DNA of 64,000 nt from Macrostomum lignano. Its lineage: Eukaryota. The stretch covers positions 124,001 to 188,000 of the forward strand of contig NIVC01000352.1 in the NCBI GenBank assembly GCA_002269645.1, written 5' to 3'. The first letter of the stretch is position 1. The number at the start of each line of letters is the position of its first letter. The translations under genes were made by a program, and so were the position numbers. The notes under the pieces were generated by a model. That model ran no database searches, was not told the origin of the DNA, and was given only the letters and a program-made list of their open reading frames with translations. This document shows, piece after piece, positions 1-11,200 of this stretch.

Positions 1-3000
1 GCCTCCAGCAGTGGTGCCTCATCTGGCGCCGAGGCCAAGTACTCGGTCGGCCGGGGCAACAAGCTGTCAGCCGAGCAGGTCAGTCGTCAAATCGATCGAC
101 AGTTGAAAGCCGACCGGGAGCTTCGACGCCACGAACGCCGCATCCTGTTGCTAGGCACTGCAGCTAGCGGTAAAAGTACATTTCTGAGATCGATGCGTAT
201 TATACACGAGGATCGATTCTCTGAGCAGGAGCTGCTCAGTTTCAAGTCAGTTATCTATTGCAATATTTGGCGCGGCCTGATGAAATTGCTGTACGTTAAA
301 AAACGGCTTGGCATTCGCTGGGAGAATAATAAAACTGGCGTACCGGCTGTTAAAGCGCTGCTGGCTCTGGAGAAGGAAATTGGCCACTCGGCGCTCATGG
401 CCTGCGGCCTGCGCGAGGATCAGTTCCTCAGGGCAGCGCCTTTTATTCAGGTATTTCTGTTTGCATGCTCTCCTGTGATTATTATCCATTAGGTCATTAG
501 GGTTTTGTTAGCTTTCCCATGATTGTCCATTAGGCCATTAGCATTTTTCTTGCTTTAATTCCCATGATGATTATCCATTAGGTCATTAGCGGTTTTCTTG
601 CTTTAATTCCTATGGTGATTATCCATTAGGTCATTGAGGTTTTCTTGCTTTAATTCCCATGATGGTTATTCATTAGGTCATTAGCGGTTTTCTTGCTTTC
701 CCATGATGATTATCCATTAGGTCATTAGCAGTTTTCTTGCTTTAATTCCCATGATGGTTATTCATTAGGTCATTAGCGGTTTTCTTGCTTTCCCATGATG
801 ATTATCCATTAGGTCATTAGCGGTTTTCTTGCTTTCCCATGATGATTATCCATTAGGTCATTAGCGGTTTTCTTGCTTTCCCATGATGATTAACCATTAG
901 GTCATTAGCGGTTTTCTTGCTTTAATCCCTATGGTGATTATCCATTAGGTCATTAGCGGTTTTCTTGCTTTAATTCCCATGATGATTAACCATTAGGTCG
1001 TTAGCGGTTTTCTTGCTTTAATTCCAATGATGATTATCCATTAGGTCATTAGCGGTTTTCTTGCTTTCCCATGATGATTATCCATTAGGTCATTAGCGGT
1101 TTTCTTGCTTTCCAATGATGATTATCCATTAGGTCATTAGCGGTTTTCTTGCTTTCCCATGATGATTATCCATTAGGTCATTAGCGGTTTTCTTGCTTTC
1201 CCATGATGATTATCCATTAGGTCATTAGCAGTTTTCTTGCTTTAATTCCCATGATGGTTATTCATTAGGTCATTAGCGGTTTTCTTGCTTTCCCATGATG
1301 ATTATCCATTAGGTCATTAGCGGTTTTCTTGCTTTCCCATGATGATTATCCATTAGGTCATTAGCGGTTTTCTTGCTTTAATCCCTATGGTGATTATCCA
1401 TTAGGTCATTAGCGGTTTTCTTGCTTTAATTCCCATGATGATTAACCATTAGGTCGTTAGCGGTTTTCTTGCTTTAATTCCAATGATGATTATCCATTAG
1501 GTCATTAGCGGTTTTCTTGCTTTCCAATGATGATTATCCATTAGGTCATTAGCGGTTTTCTTGCTTTCCCATGATGATTATCCATTAGGTCATTAGCGGT
1601 TTTCTTGCTTTCCCATGATGATTAACCATTAGGTCATTAGCGGTTTTCTTGCTTTAATTCCCATGATGATTATCCATTAGGTCATTAGCGGTTTTCTTGC
1701 TTTCCCATGATGATTATCCAGTAGGTCATTAGCAGTTTTCTTGCTTTCCCAAGAGGACTATCTATTTAGTCATAGGGTTTCGACTACTAAAATATGATTT
1801 GCCATTACCTGGGTTGGAAGGGCCAGTGTCCTATAGCTGTTTGTGAATTCCAATCCGATTGCCACATGTACAGGAAACTTTTACTAATGAAATGTTATTG
1901 GGAAACTGGCTGCTATCCGACAAGCGGCGCACTAATCGCTATCCGTATTTGATAGGAATGAGTCAATCAGGCCAGCAGCAGTCAGTTTCTTATGGGCAAG
2001 CATTAGCCAGAATATTTCTGCGCAGCGTTACTCTTGGGGATGGGGTGCAAGGGCGAATGGCCATCCTGCTTTCCCCTCTTTCTCTCTCCCCCTCTCTCCC
2101 ACAGAAACTTTCCTGCATTTCTGGTCGGTCAGTCGTACTTCAATTTTCAAACTTTTCCGGAGCTCCCTCTTGTTTTTCCTATTCGAATGATCCGCATATC
2201 AGGCTTGGCTTGGCATATCATTACAGATTCAAATAGGCGTATGTATCTATACAGGCCATGGTGGTCTGTCCGCAGTGGCTTTGCACTCTCCCTCTTCCCA
2301 CTGCTTCCCCCATTTCACCTCTGCTGGGCTTGCTACCGACAGGCCTATCTACTTCTAGTGCAGCTCTGTTGTGTTGTATTTAATGGCGGATTCTTGTCGC
2401 GCCCCCTGACTTGGCTGCTGTAGATAATAGCTTTGCCTTTTGCTATTTTTTTGTCTGCAAATGCAGTGTGTAGTAGTCCATATATACTACTGACAGTAGT
2501 TTATGATTTTCAATGAGCAGAATGAGTTTCATTAGATTTTAATTTTGTATTTTCTGTCAAATGTGTGTCAGCTGGCTACTGTGTTGTCTGTCAAATGTGT
2601 GTCAGCTGGCTACTGTGTTGTCTGTCCAATGTGTGTCAGCTGGCTACTGTGTTGTCTGTCCAATGTGTGTCAGCTGGCTACTGTGTTGTCTGTCCAATGT
2701 GTGTCAGCTGGCTACTGTGTTGTCTGTCAAATGTGTGTCAGCTAGCTACTGTGTTGTCTGTCAAATGTGTGTCAGCTGGCTACTGTGTTGTCTGTCAAAT
2801 GTGTGTCAGCTGGCTACTGTGTTGTCTGTCCAATGTGTGTCAGCTGGCTACTGTGTTGTCTGTCAAATGTGTGTCAGCTGGCTACTGTGTTGTCTGTCAA
2901 ATGTGTGTCAGCTGGCTACTGTGTTGTCTGTCAAATGTGTGTCAGCTGGCTACTGTGTTGTCTGTCAAATGTGTGTCAGCTAGCTACTGTGTTGTCTGTC

Positions 3001-4501
3001 AAATGTGTGTCAGCTGGCTACTGTGTTGTCTGTCAAATGTGTGTCAGCTAGCTACTGTGTTGTCTGTCAAATGTGTGTCAGCTGGCTACTGTGTTGTCTG
3101 TCAAATGTGTGTCAGTTGGCTACTGTGTTGTCTGTCAAATGTGTCAGCTGGCTACTGTGCCATCTCTGCATCTTCGCATGATTGAACATTGCCATGAGCT
3201 GGGAAGCTTATCACACCACACGCACAGGTTTGAATAGAATTAAAATGCTGTTTTTCACCTGCCCAGGTGCTCTGGTGCGACGCCGGAGTTCGTGAAGCAT
3301 TCGAGCGCCGGCACAGCGTACCCGGCGACGAGGAGTTCAAAGATGTCGGAGAGAATCTGGATTACTATTTGAATAGGCTCAAATCTATCTCGGTTGTTAA
3401 CTACAGGCCAACTGACGCGCACATATTGCATAGCAGGCGGTTTACTGACTCGGTAAGGCAGTTTGTCTGGCTGCGATCTGCGAACTCTTTGCTGCCTACT
3501 TGCAGTAGTTTTCAAGTGATTACTGAGAGTCAGCCCCAAGCCCTACTGAGAGTCAGCCCCAAGCCCTACTGAGAGTCAGCCCCAAACCCTACTGAGAGTC
3601 AGCCGCAAACCCACTGAGAGTCAGCCGCAAACCCTACTGAGAGTCAGCCGCAAACCCTACTGAGAGTCAGCCCCAAGCCCTACTGAGAGTCAGCCCCAAA
3701 CCCTACTGAGAGTCAGCCGCAAACCTACTGAGAGTCAGCCGCAAGCCCTACTGAGAGTCAGCCCCAAACCCTACTGAGAGTCAGCCCCAAACCTACTGAG
3801 AGTCAGCCCCAAACCCTACTGAGAGTCAGCCCCAAGCCCTACTGAGAGTCAGCCCCAAACCCTACTGAGAGTCAGCCGCAAACCCTACTGAGAGTCAGCC
3901 CCAAACCCTACTGAGAGTCAGCCGCAAACTCCACCCGCAGGTATTCGAAAAGTGCCTGCTATACGAGGGCGTGCCCCTGCGCATTATCGACATTGGCGGG
4001 CACACTAACGAGCGCCGGAAATGGTCGAAAACGTTGCGCATATTCCAGGGCGAGCTGCAGTCGGTTATCTACATAATCGCCTGTTCAACATTCAACGAAA
4101 CCTACACCAAAGCCAGCGGCGAGCTCATCAACAAGCTCGACGAGAGTTTCCTCTGTCTGCGCCACCTTCTAGACGTGAAATCGGAGCTGTTCACCCGCGA
4201 CATGAACCTGATCGTGTTCTTCAACAAAGACGACCTGTTCTCTTACAAGATCGCCAGCCTTCGTGTCGATTATTCAAAGTTCGATTCGACCTTTCCAGCT
4301 GATCGATTCGATCCGTTGGATCTCGGCCAGGTGCGCGAGCATCTGATCAGACGCCTGACCACTGTTGTGCCGCCTAATCGGCAGTTGCGCAGGTACACTC
4401 ACTTCACCACCTCGATTGATCTCAGCAATGTCAGACGGGTGTTCCGCGACATCCGGGACACTGTTATGCTCAACTTTCTCAGAGAGGCCCTGCCGGCTTA
4501 G
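1..4501 (+). CDS. Heterotrimeric G-protein alpha subunit, divergent G12/13-like; 5' end outside window. Exons <1-450, 3267-3452, 3941-4501
   Basis: Frame open from base 1. G1 box GTAASGKST, switch I LHSRRFTDSV, G3 DIGGH..ERRKW, G4 FFNKDD, G5 HFTTSID (resembles G12/13 HFTTAID). Both introns are phase 0 GT-AG (cag|gtattt..cccag|gtg; tcg|gtaagg..cgcag|gta). Confidence 0.93.
475..1750. repeat. Minisatellite, 44/48-bp unit (ATTATCCATTAGGTCATTAGCGGTTTTCTTGCTT[TAAT]TCCCATGATG), G-alpha intron 1
   Basis: Direct reading of tandem units, roughly 28 copies. Confidence 0.95.
2550..3160. repeat. Minisatellite, 34-bp unit (AATGTGTGTCAGCTGGCTACTGTGTTGTCTGTCA), G-alpha intron 1
   Basis: Tandem units; source of the Cys/Val-rich ORFs at 2545-3185. 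Confidence 0.95.
3520..3930. repeat. Minisatellite, 23-bp unit (CCCTACTGAGAGTCAGCCCCAAA), G-alpha intron 2
   Basis: Tandem units ending about 10 nt before the acceptor at 3940. Confidence 0.95.
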
Positions 4502-4614
4502 GTAGCGCCTTCTATTCGATTCATTCATTCCCGGCTACAGATAATATATAACTAGATTGCTCACTTCAAAATTTTACTCCTGCACTTACTCTTAGGCCCA
4601 GATGTAAGAGGGGG

Positions 4615-4820
4615 AAAGGGAGGGATGGGGAGCTAGGAGAGGGAGGGGAGCTAGGAGAGGGTGGGGAGCTAGGAGAGGGAGGGGAGCTAGGAGAGGGAGG
4701 GGAGCTAGGAGAGAAGGGGAGCTAGGAGAGAGAGGGGAGCTAGGAGAGAAGGGGAGCTAGGAGAGGGAGGGGAGCTAGAAGAGGGAGTAGAGCTAGGAGA
4801 GGGAGGGGAGCTAGGATAAA
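4615..4820. repeat. Purine-rich 17-18-bp tandem repeat (GGGGAGCTAGGAGAGGGA)
   Basis: Tandem units downstream of the G-alpha stop codon. Confidence 0.9.
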
Positions 4821-6065
4821 TAAATTCAGGAGACTGACACAGGAGGCGCTAAAAGATCATTACCCGATCTACTAGTAAATGAAATAAGATTTTTTAAATA
4901 ACACTCAGATGCGAACAGACAATCTGACGTGGTATAAGAGCACTGTAATATTGTTCTTGTAGATATCATTAAACGAAGGCACTGCTAGTTTATTATCGCA
5001 AAAATTCTGCCTGGATAAGATGGCAACTTGATGCTAGTAAACACCTTTAGAAACCTTTAGAACCTATGTACATATGCATTAGTTTATTTACTTCCAATTA
5101 AATTTTACGCGCTGATGAGAATTAATCTTTGCACATGCAAATTATACTACTGTCATTATAGTAGCCAAACGTATAGATACGAGAGTGACAGATCAAGTTA
5201 TATATTGTGTTCCCGGCTGGATGTTTTAGGCATAGCAGAAATGCGTTTATTGATGAAAAGTCGCTTACTATTAATTAGTAGCTTTAACTGAATCCTTCCA
5301 AAACGGGTTGCTATAGAAAAACAGCAATTTTATCATCGCTGCTTTCAAATGATTCATTTTATGAAATTATGAAGGTGAGGAAGTCGAGTTCAATGTCTTT
5401 TAGCCTACTAAAAGGTACCTAGTAGTATCTTTCGACTGCCTTAAATATTTAATCGTTTGTACGGGAGTCACAAACCATAGCTTCTGAGCATGAGCATTAC
5501 AACAGCTGTTTAATGCCACTATCCTTATACTAATCAATACGAGAGCTGTCAGCTGTTGTGAATCAATAAATTATTTTATTTTCAGCAGGCTAACAATCCC
5601 TGGCTTTGTGATGCAATAAGATTTCTTACTCTAATGCTATTTTGTTATTTCCTATTCGATGGAGTACAGTTTTTGATTCACAAGATCATTCAGTTTGTAG
5701 TGGACAATATATAAACTATATGTTATATATGTATGCTTATTATCGTATAGATAATAATACAGACTTTATCTATTACTGAGCCATTGAGTCCGAGTATTTG
5801 TCTTTTGTCTTAACACTTCCCCTTGGTGCTTCTTATAGATGTATATATATGTATGCATAGTTTGTTGAGCTAGTTTGTTCAATTATATACTCTTATTAGT
5901 AGCAGTTTGTCTGCTTGTACAATCTTTTTATTTCGAGTCAGTTTGGCCTTGGTCTTTTCTACTCCTATACATATTTATAATTTGTACAATAAGGCGACCA
6001 TATGCGAGGCATATATACATATGCCTTGTATATTGTATTTAAATTTGCTTTTCATGGCCTTATTT

Positions 6066-6510
6066 AGGTTTAGAGATGCCATCCAAGGTGTGGAAACCAC
6101 TCACTCAGCCAGGTTTAGAGACGCCATCCAAGGTGTGGAAACCACTCACTCAGCCAGGTTTAGAGATGCCATCCAAGGTGTGGAAGCCACTCACTCAGCC
6201 AGGTTTAGAGATGCCATCCAAGGTGTGGAAGCCACTCACTCAGCCAGGTTTAGAGATGCCATCCAAGGTGTGGAAGCCACTCACTCAGCCAGGTTTAGAG
6301 ACGCCATCCAAGGTGTGGAAGCCACTCACTCAGCCAGGATTAGAGATGCCATCCAAGGTGTGGAAGCCACTCACTCAGCCAAGTTTAGAGATGCCATCCA
6401 AGGTGTGGAAGCCACTCACTCAGCCAGGTTTAGAGATGCCATCCAAGGTGTGGAAGCCACTCACTCAGCCAGGTTTAGAGACGCCATCCAAGGTGTGGAA
6501 GCCACTCTCT
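6066..6510. repeat. Minisatellite, 45-bp unit (AGGTTTAGAGATGCCATCCAAGGTGTGGAAGCCACTCACTCAGCC), ~10 copies
   Basis: Tandem units; open in two frames because the unit is a multiple of 3. Confidence 0.95.
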
Positions 6511-7139
6511 GTTCAACCTGCACAATTTTTAAACGTATCGGTATTTGAGTTGTTATGAGGTCGAGAGATGCATTATTGTAATTGTGATTTATATTTTCTT
6601 CCAACTATATGTAATATTAGTTGTGAATATTGGTATATAATATATTTTACTGATTCAGTAGACCCAAGAAAGCATTCGATTGTGTATGAAATCGCTGCGC
6701 TTATCTTATCAGAGTTGACTTGGGCCAGCACAGGGCAGGCATTTGATGTGTGCTAAGCAACAATTTGAAACGAAATTTTCTACGATTTCAGTGTTTTGTT
6801 TGTCCCCAATGTACATAGGAGCGTTGCCGCTTTTTTGCTATTTAATTATTGTTTGCTAATTCGAATTATTTTATTTAATTCTTCCTATTTTATTGGCCTT
6901 GTGCCAGGTTGATTCAGTAATAATATACGCGAGTAAGTTGATGCTTCGCTGCGTTGTCTATTAAACACAAAATACATGTAGTAATTCTTTTTTAACCTTT
7001 TCTTTTAAGCTGGTCAAATGTTTCAATCTGTAGAGCAGGGGTTCCCGACGGAGGCAGGGCAGCTCCGTCTCACTCTTGTGCCTACCTTCATTTGGGGCTT
7101 TTGTGCACACAAAGTTGGCCGCCGGGTTGCCGTGCGATT

Positions 7140-7545
7140 CACCCACAAATCACACAGAGTGTACATGCCTGACGCCTGTGCCGCTGTACACCCTTTGTGA
7201 GCCTGCGTACAGTATTGGCACGCTTTTGTGTTCACTGCTCAGGAGCCTTACTCCGCTGCAGGAGGCTCCGTCGACGTCCATTTCGCTAACCCCTAGCGAC
7301 CTGCTAGTGTTGCGGTGTCGCGCAGGGAGCTCCGGTGGTGTCGGTGTATAGCGGTCGCCGGCCCAGTAGCTGGCAGACATTCTCGGGCCCGAAAACGACT
7401 GAGAGATCTAGCATCCTGTCCCGAGTAAATGCGGGACATTCGCAGATGTAGTGCTCCGCATTCTCAACACCAGAGAGGCAGAATTTAGGCATTCCTCATT
7501 GGAGAGTGCTCAGGAGTCGACTGGATGGGCAGAATTGCCTCATCA
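7140..7545 (+). mobile_element. 5'-truncated SINE copy interrupted by a LINE 3' fragment
   Basis: Shares GCCGCTGTACACCCT..TGTGAG and GCTCAGGAGTC..GGGCAGAATTGCC with copies near 27050, 43015 and 54625. Confidence 0.7.
7246..7506 (-). mobile_element. Non-LTR retrotransposon 3' fragment (C-terminal zinc-knuckle region) with 10-bp TSD
   Basis: Translation ENAEHYICECPAFTRDR fits the E..EH....CP....R motif at the end of LINE ORF2. Flanked by TGCTCAGGAG at 7236-7245 and 7507-7516. Confidence 0.7.
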
Positions 7546-8035
7546 CTGGTTTTGGTGACTCTACCTATATGTGCCCCAAGATATTTGTTGCAGCCTTGTC
7601 CGCTCGGATGTAATGACGCAACTTAACCTGGCTACGCATCTAGACTTGAACAATGAACTGCATGTACCGACAATGAAGAAATTATCAAAAAATGTTTTGT
7701 TCACACGAGCGCATATCATTTAGTATATTATAAAATATAAAATGTACAATAAAAAAGATTGCTGTAAATCTTTCTCAATCAATAATAAGACTGTTAAAAA
7801 TACGCACTTATCAGTTATATAACATGTTTAATACAATATGCTACTGAAAGTAGCACGCTACAATACGAGTATTGTGGAAAACAAAGCAAGCGGCGCGCAA
7901 TGATTACTCGTAGTTGATAAGCATAACTTAGCAGTGAATGACTTTTGACTGGCAAAATATAATTTGAGTTGCTTTCATAACCGGTTAGAACAGTACTTTG
8001 GCGGCTTGACAGCGTGTACATGACGAATGCTATGG

Positions 8036-8142
8036 CAGGGGTCGGCAAAATTTTTAACACACAAACCCAGAGCAGTCCGGATTCAAAGGACTCGAGAGCC
8101 GGATAGAGAGGCTTTTGCAGGCAAAGAGTTTGCCTACCCCTG
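8036..8142. mobile_element. Short hAT-like MITE
   Basis: TIR CAGGGGTCGGCAAA ... TTTGCCTACCCCTG; no clean TSD. Confidence 0.65.
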
Positions 8143-8267
8143 AAGCAAGGCATTTTACTATTTTCTATTTAACAAATGCTTTTATAACCAACACATACCG
8201 ACATCTATACTACTAACTAAGTTAGTAGTGATGAACTGAACGCCTTTCAGGCTTTCAGCGGCTACAA

Positions 8268-11200
8268 TCAAGAAGTGTTTTCCTCGCGTTCTATAATCTC
8301 CATTAGATCGTCCCACAGTTCTTCTTCAGACGGTGCTGCTGCTACTGCTGCCGGTGGGAATGGCTCCTGTGTGAAAAAATCTTCCTCGAATGTTCGAGTT
8401 CTCCGAGCGTCCTTGCTTAGCAGCTCCGGACATTCCAATATCCCGACTGAGGAGGCGGCGCCAGCTGACATTGGCTGCACCAGAAACTGCTCTGGCTGCT
8501 GAGGATGAAGCTCGGGTTCTGCCGCAGTTGCAGCCCCACTATCAAAGATGTTGGGTCTTGAGTACACCTGCTGCTGCTGCTGATGGACCAGATTGATGGC
8601 CGGAGGTTGCACGCTTGGCCCCAGCCCAGCCTGAGGCTGGAGAACCGGCTGCCATTGGACCAGGTTGATAGCCGGGGCTTCACGAGCTGAACAACCGGCT
8701 GCGTCTGCTGCCCAGATACGCCACTGGCGCCGGCTTGCTTGCGACGCGGTTCTGTAATTATTAATTATTTATTAATTACAGTTACAGGAGGGGGCCGTAG
8801 CCTTGTAGTATAGCGCGGCGCTCTAATGTACCAGCGGCCCAGGCTCGATTCCAAGTTCAGTCGCATTAATTTAGGGAATCTCGGCTTGGCTCTGCTCGTG
8901 CAATTAACGCCCTTGAGGGCCAACCCCCAAGGCACAGTGAAGTGTACATGCCTAACGATAAATAAAGTTAGGGCCGCTGTGGACTCCTGTGTGAGTGAGG
9001 ATGGCGGAGGCCCAGTGTGAGAATGGCGGAGGCCCAGTGTGAGGATGGCGGAGGCCCAGTGTGAGGATGGCGGAGGCCCAGTGTAAGGATGGCAGAGGCC
9101 CAGTGTGAGGATGGCGGAGGCCCAGTGTAAGGATGGCAGAGGCCCAGTGTGAGGATGGCAGAGACCCAGTGTGAGGATGGCGGAGGCCCAGTGTAAGGAT
9201 AGGCCCAGTGTGAGGATAGGCCCAGTGTGAGGATAGCAGAGTCTCAGTGTAAGGATGGCAGAGTCTCAGTGTGAGGATGGCAGAGGCCCAGTGTGACGAT
9301 GGCGGAGGCCCAGTGTGAGGATGGCGGAGGCCCAGTGTAAGGATGGCAGAGTCTCAGTGTGAGGATGGCGGAGGCCCAGTGTGAGAATGGCGGAGGCCCA
9401 GTGTGAGGATGGCGGAGGCCCAGTGTGAGGATGACGGAGGCCCAGTGTGAGGATGGCGGAGGCCCAGTGTGAGGATGGCGGAGGCCCAGTGTGAGGATGG
9501 CGGAGGCTCAGTGTGAGGATGGCGAAGGCCCAGTGTGAGGATGGCGCAGGCTCAGTGTGAGGATGGCGGAGGCCCAGTGTGAGGATGGCGGAGGCCCAGT
9601 GTGAGGATGGCGGAGGCCCAGTGTGAGGATCTGAGAAAGTTTCCGAACAAACTGAGACATAGAGAAAGGGTTGGAATCAGGTTTCTCTTGTTTTCCTGCT
9701 AACACACGGAAGAGTTACCGCGATGCTCGAATGCAGAGGACGAGCTCGCACGGGGCAGACTGAGTTGAATTGGATTCTGCTGGCTATCGCAGCTGCCGCA
9801 GCCCCATCTGAAGCGGATTGGCTCGCTTTCTGCTGCTGGCTCACTTTGAGTTTCCATGGCAACAAAGAATCGGCAAGAGAAGCAATCCAAATTGCGGCTC
9901 TCAATGATGTCAATCAGTTCAGCCGGGATGCAACTTCCAACAGGTTCAATCTCCAGCAGGTGCTGAAATGATAAATATTGTACTCATTAACGATACGAGC
10001 TAAATAAAGCAACAGACATGCCAGACTGAAGAGAAGCTGTAAAAACTCGAACTCTCACCCCAGTGTGCCGTTTCACCGGGCAGTCAAACAGTCTGAAGTC
10101 GTCAATTTGACAGGTGACCTTCAAATTTTTGCCGCCTAAAATATCGATTTTTATTTAATAGCGTTACTAATCTATAAAAAAATTTATAGCGAAACTTTGT
10201 ACTGCTCACCGCTTATCGCATCTCTCAGCAGGATGGCCAGATGGGTACTTCCAAATTTAGTACAGCAGGGCTCCGCCACAGCGGTCAGAATTTTCTCCAC
10301 TGACACTCTCGGTGCTGAATTGGGGCGGGATTGGATGTGAGTGACAATGTGATTGCATGTGAGTGACAATGTGATTGCATGTGAGTGACAATGTGATTGC
10401 ATGTGAGTGACAATGTGATTGTATGTGAGTGACAATGTGATTGCATGTGAGTGACAATGTGATTGCATGTGAGTGACAATGTGATTGGATGTGAGTGACA
10501 ATGTGATTGGATGTGAGTGACAATGTGATTGGATGTGAGTGACAATGTGATTGCATGTGAGTGACAATGTGATTGGATGTAAGTGACAATGTGATTGGAT
10601 GTGAGTGACAAAGTGATTGGATGTGAGTGACAAAGTGATTGGATGTGAGTGACAAAGTGATTGGATGTGAGTGACAAAGTGATTGGATGTGAGTGACAAT
10701 GTGATTGCATGTGAGTGACAATGTGATTGCATGTGAGTGACAATGTGATTGCATGTGAGTGACAAAGTGATTGGATGTGAGTGACAAAGTGATTGGATGT
10801 GAGTGACAAAGTGATTGCATGTGAGTGACAAAGTGATTGCATGTGAGTGACAAAGTGATTGGATGAGTTACAATGATTGCATGTGAGTGACAATGTGATT
10901 GGATGTGAGTGACAATGTGATTGGATGTGAGTGACAATGTGATTGGATGTGAGTGACAATGTGATTGGATGTGAGTGACAATGTGATTGGATGTGAGAGA
11001 CAATGTGATTGGATGTGAGTGACAATGATTGGATGTGAGTGACAATGCTTGGATGTGAGTGACAATGCTTGGATGTGAGTGACAATGCTTGGATGTGAGT
11101 GACAATGATTGGATGTGAGTGACAATGTGATTGGATGTGAGCGAAAATGTGATTGGATGCGAGCGATAATGGGATTGGATGCAAGTGACAATGATTGGAC

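Noticed and set aside
1860-2240. Possible LINE C-terminal remnant in G-alpha intron 1 (minus strand)
   Set aside because: Only a faint C..C/H-like pattern with multiple stops; too weak to call.
2545-3185. Long Cys/Val-rich ORFs (also 5907-6558, 10184-11250, 38906-40450, 41893-42528, 43847-45047, 48381-49163, 52289-53158, 56044-58848)
   Set aside because: Translations of tandem repeats, mostly in introns, open in several frames or strands, with no third-position bias.
8417-8683. Alternative last-exon frame for the Rel-like gene without frameshift
   Set aside because: Kept only as an alternative. The shifted frame restores an internal PPAINLV repeat and a typical Gln-rich/acidic tail, so this frame is less plausible.
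9508-9705. HSF-like 'SQFVRKLSQIL' in an ORF
   Set aside because: Lies inside Rel-like intron 6 after the GT donor at 9718 and runs into the minisatellite; chance similarity.
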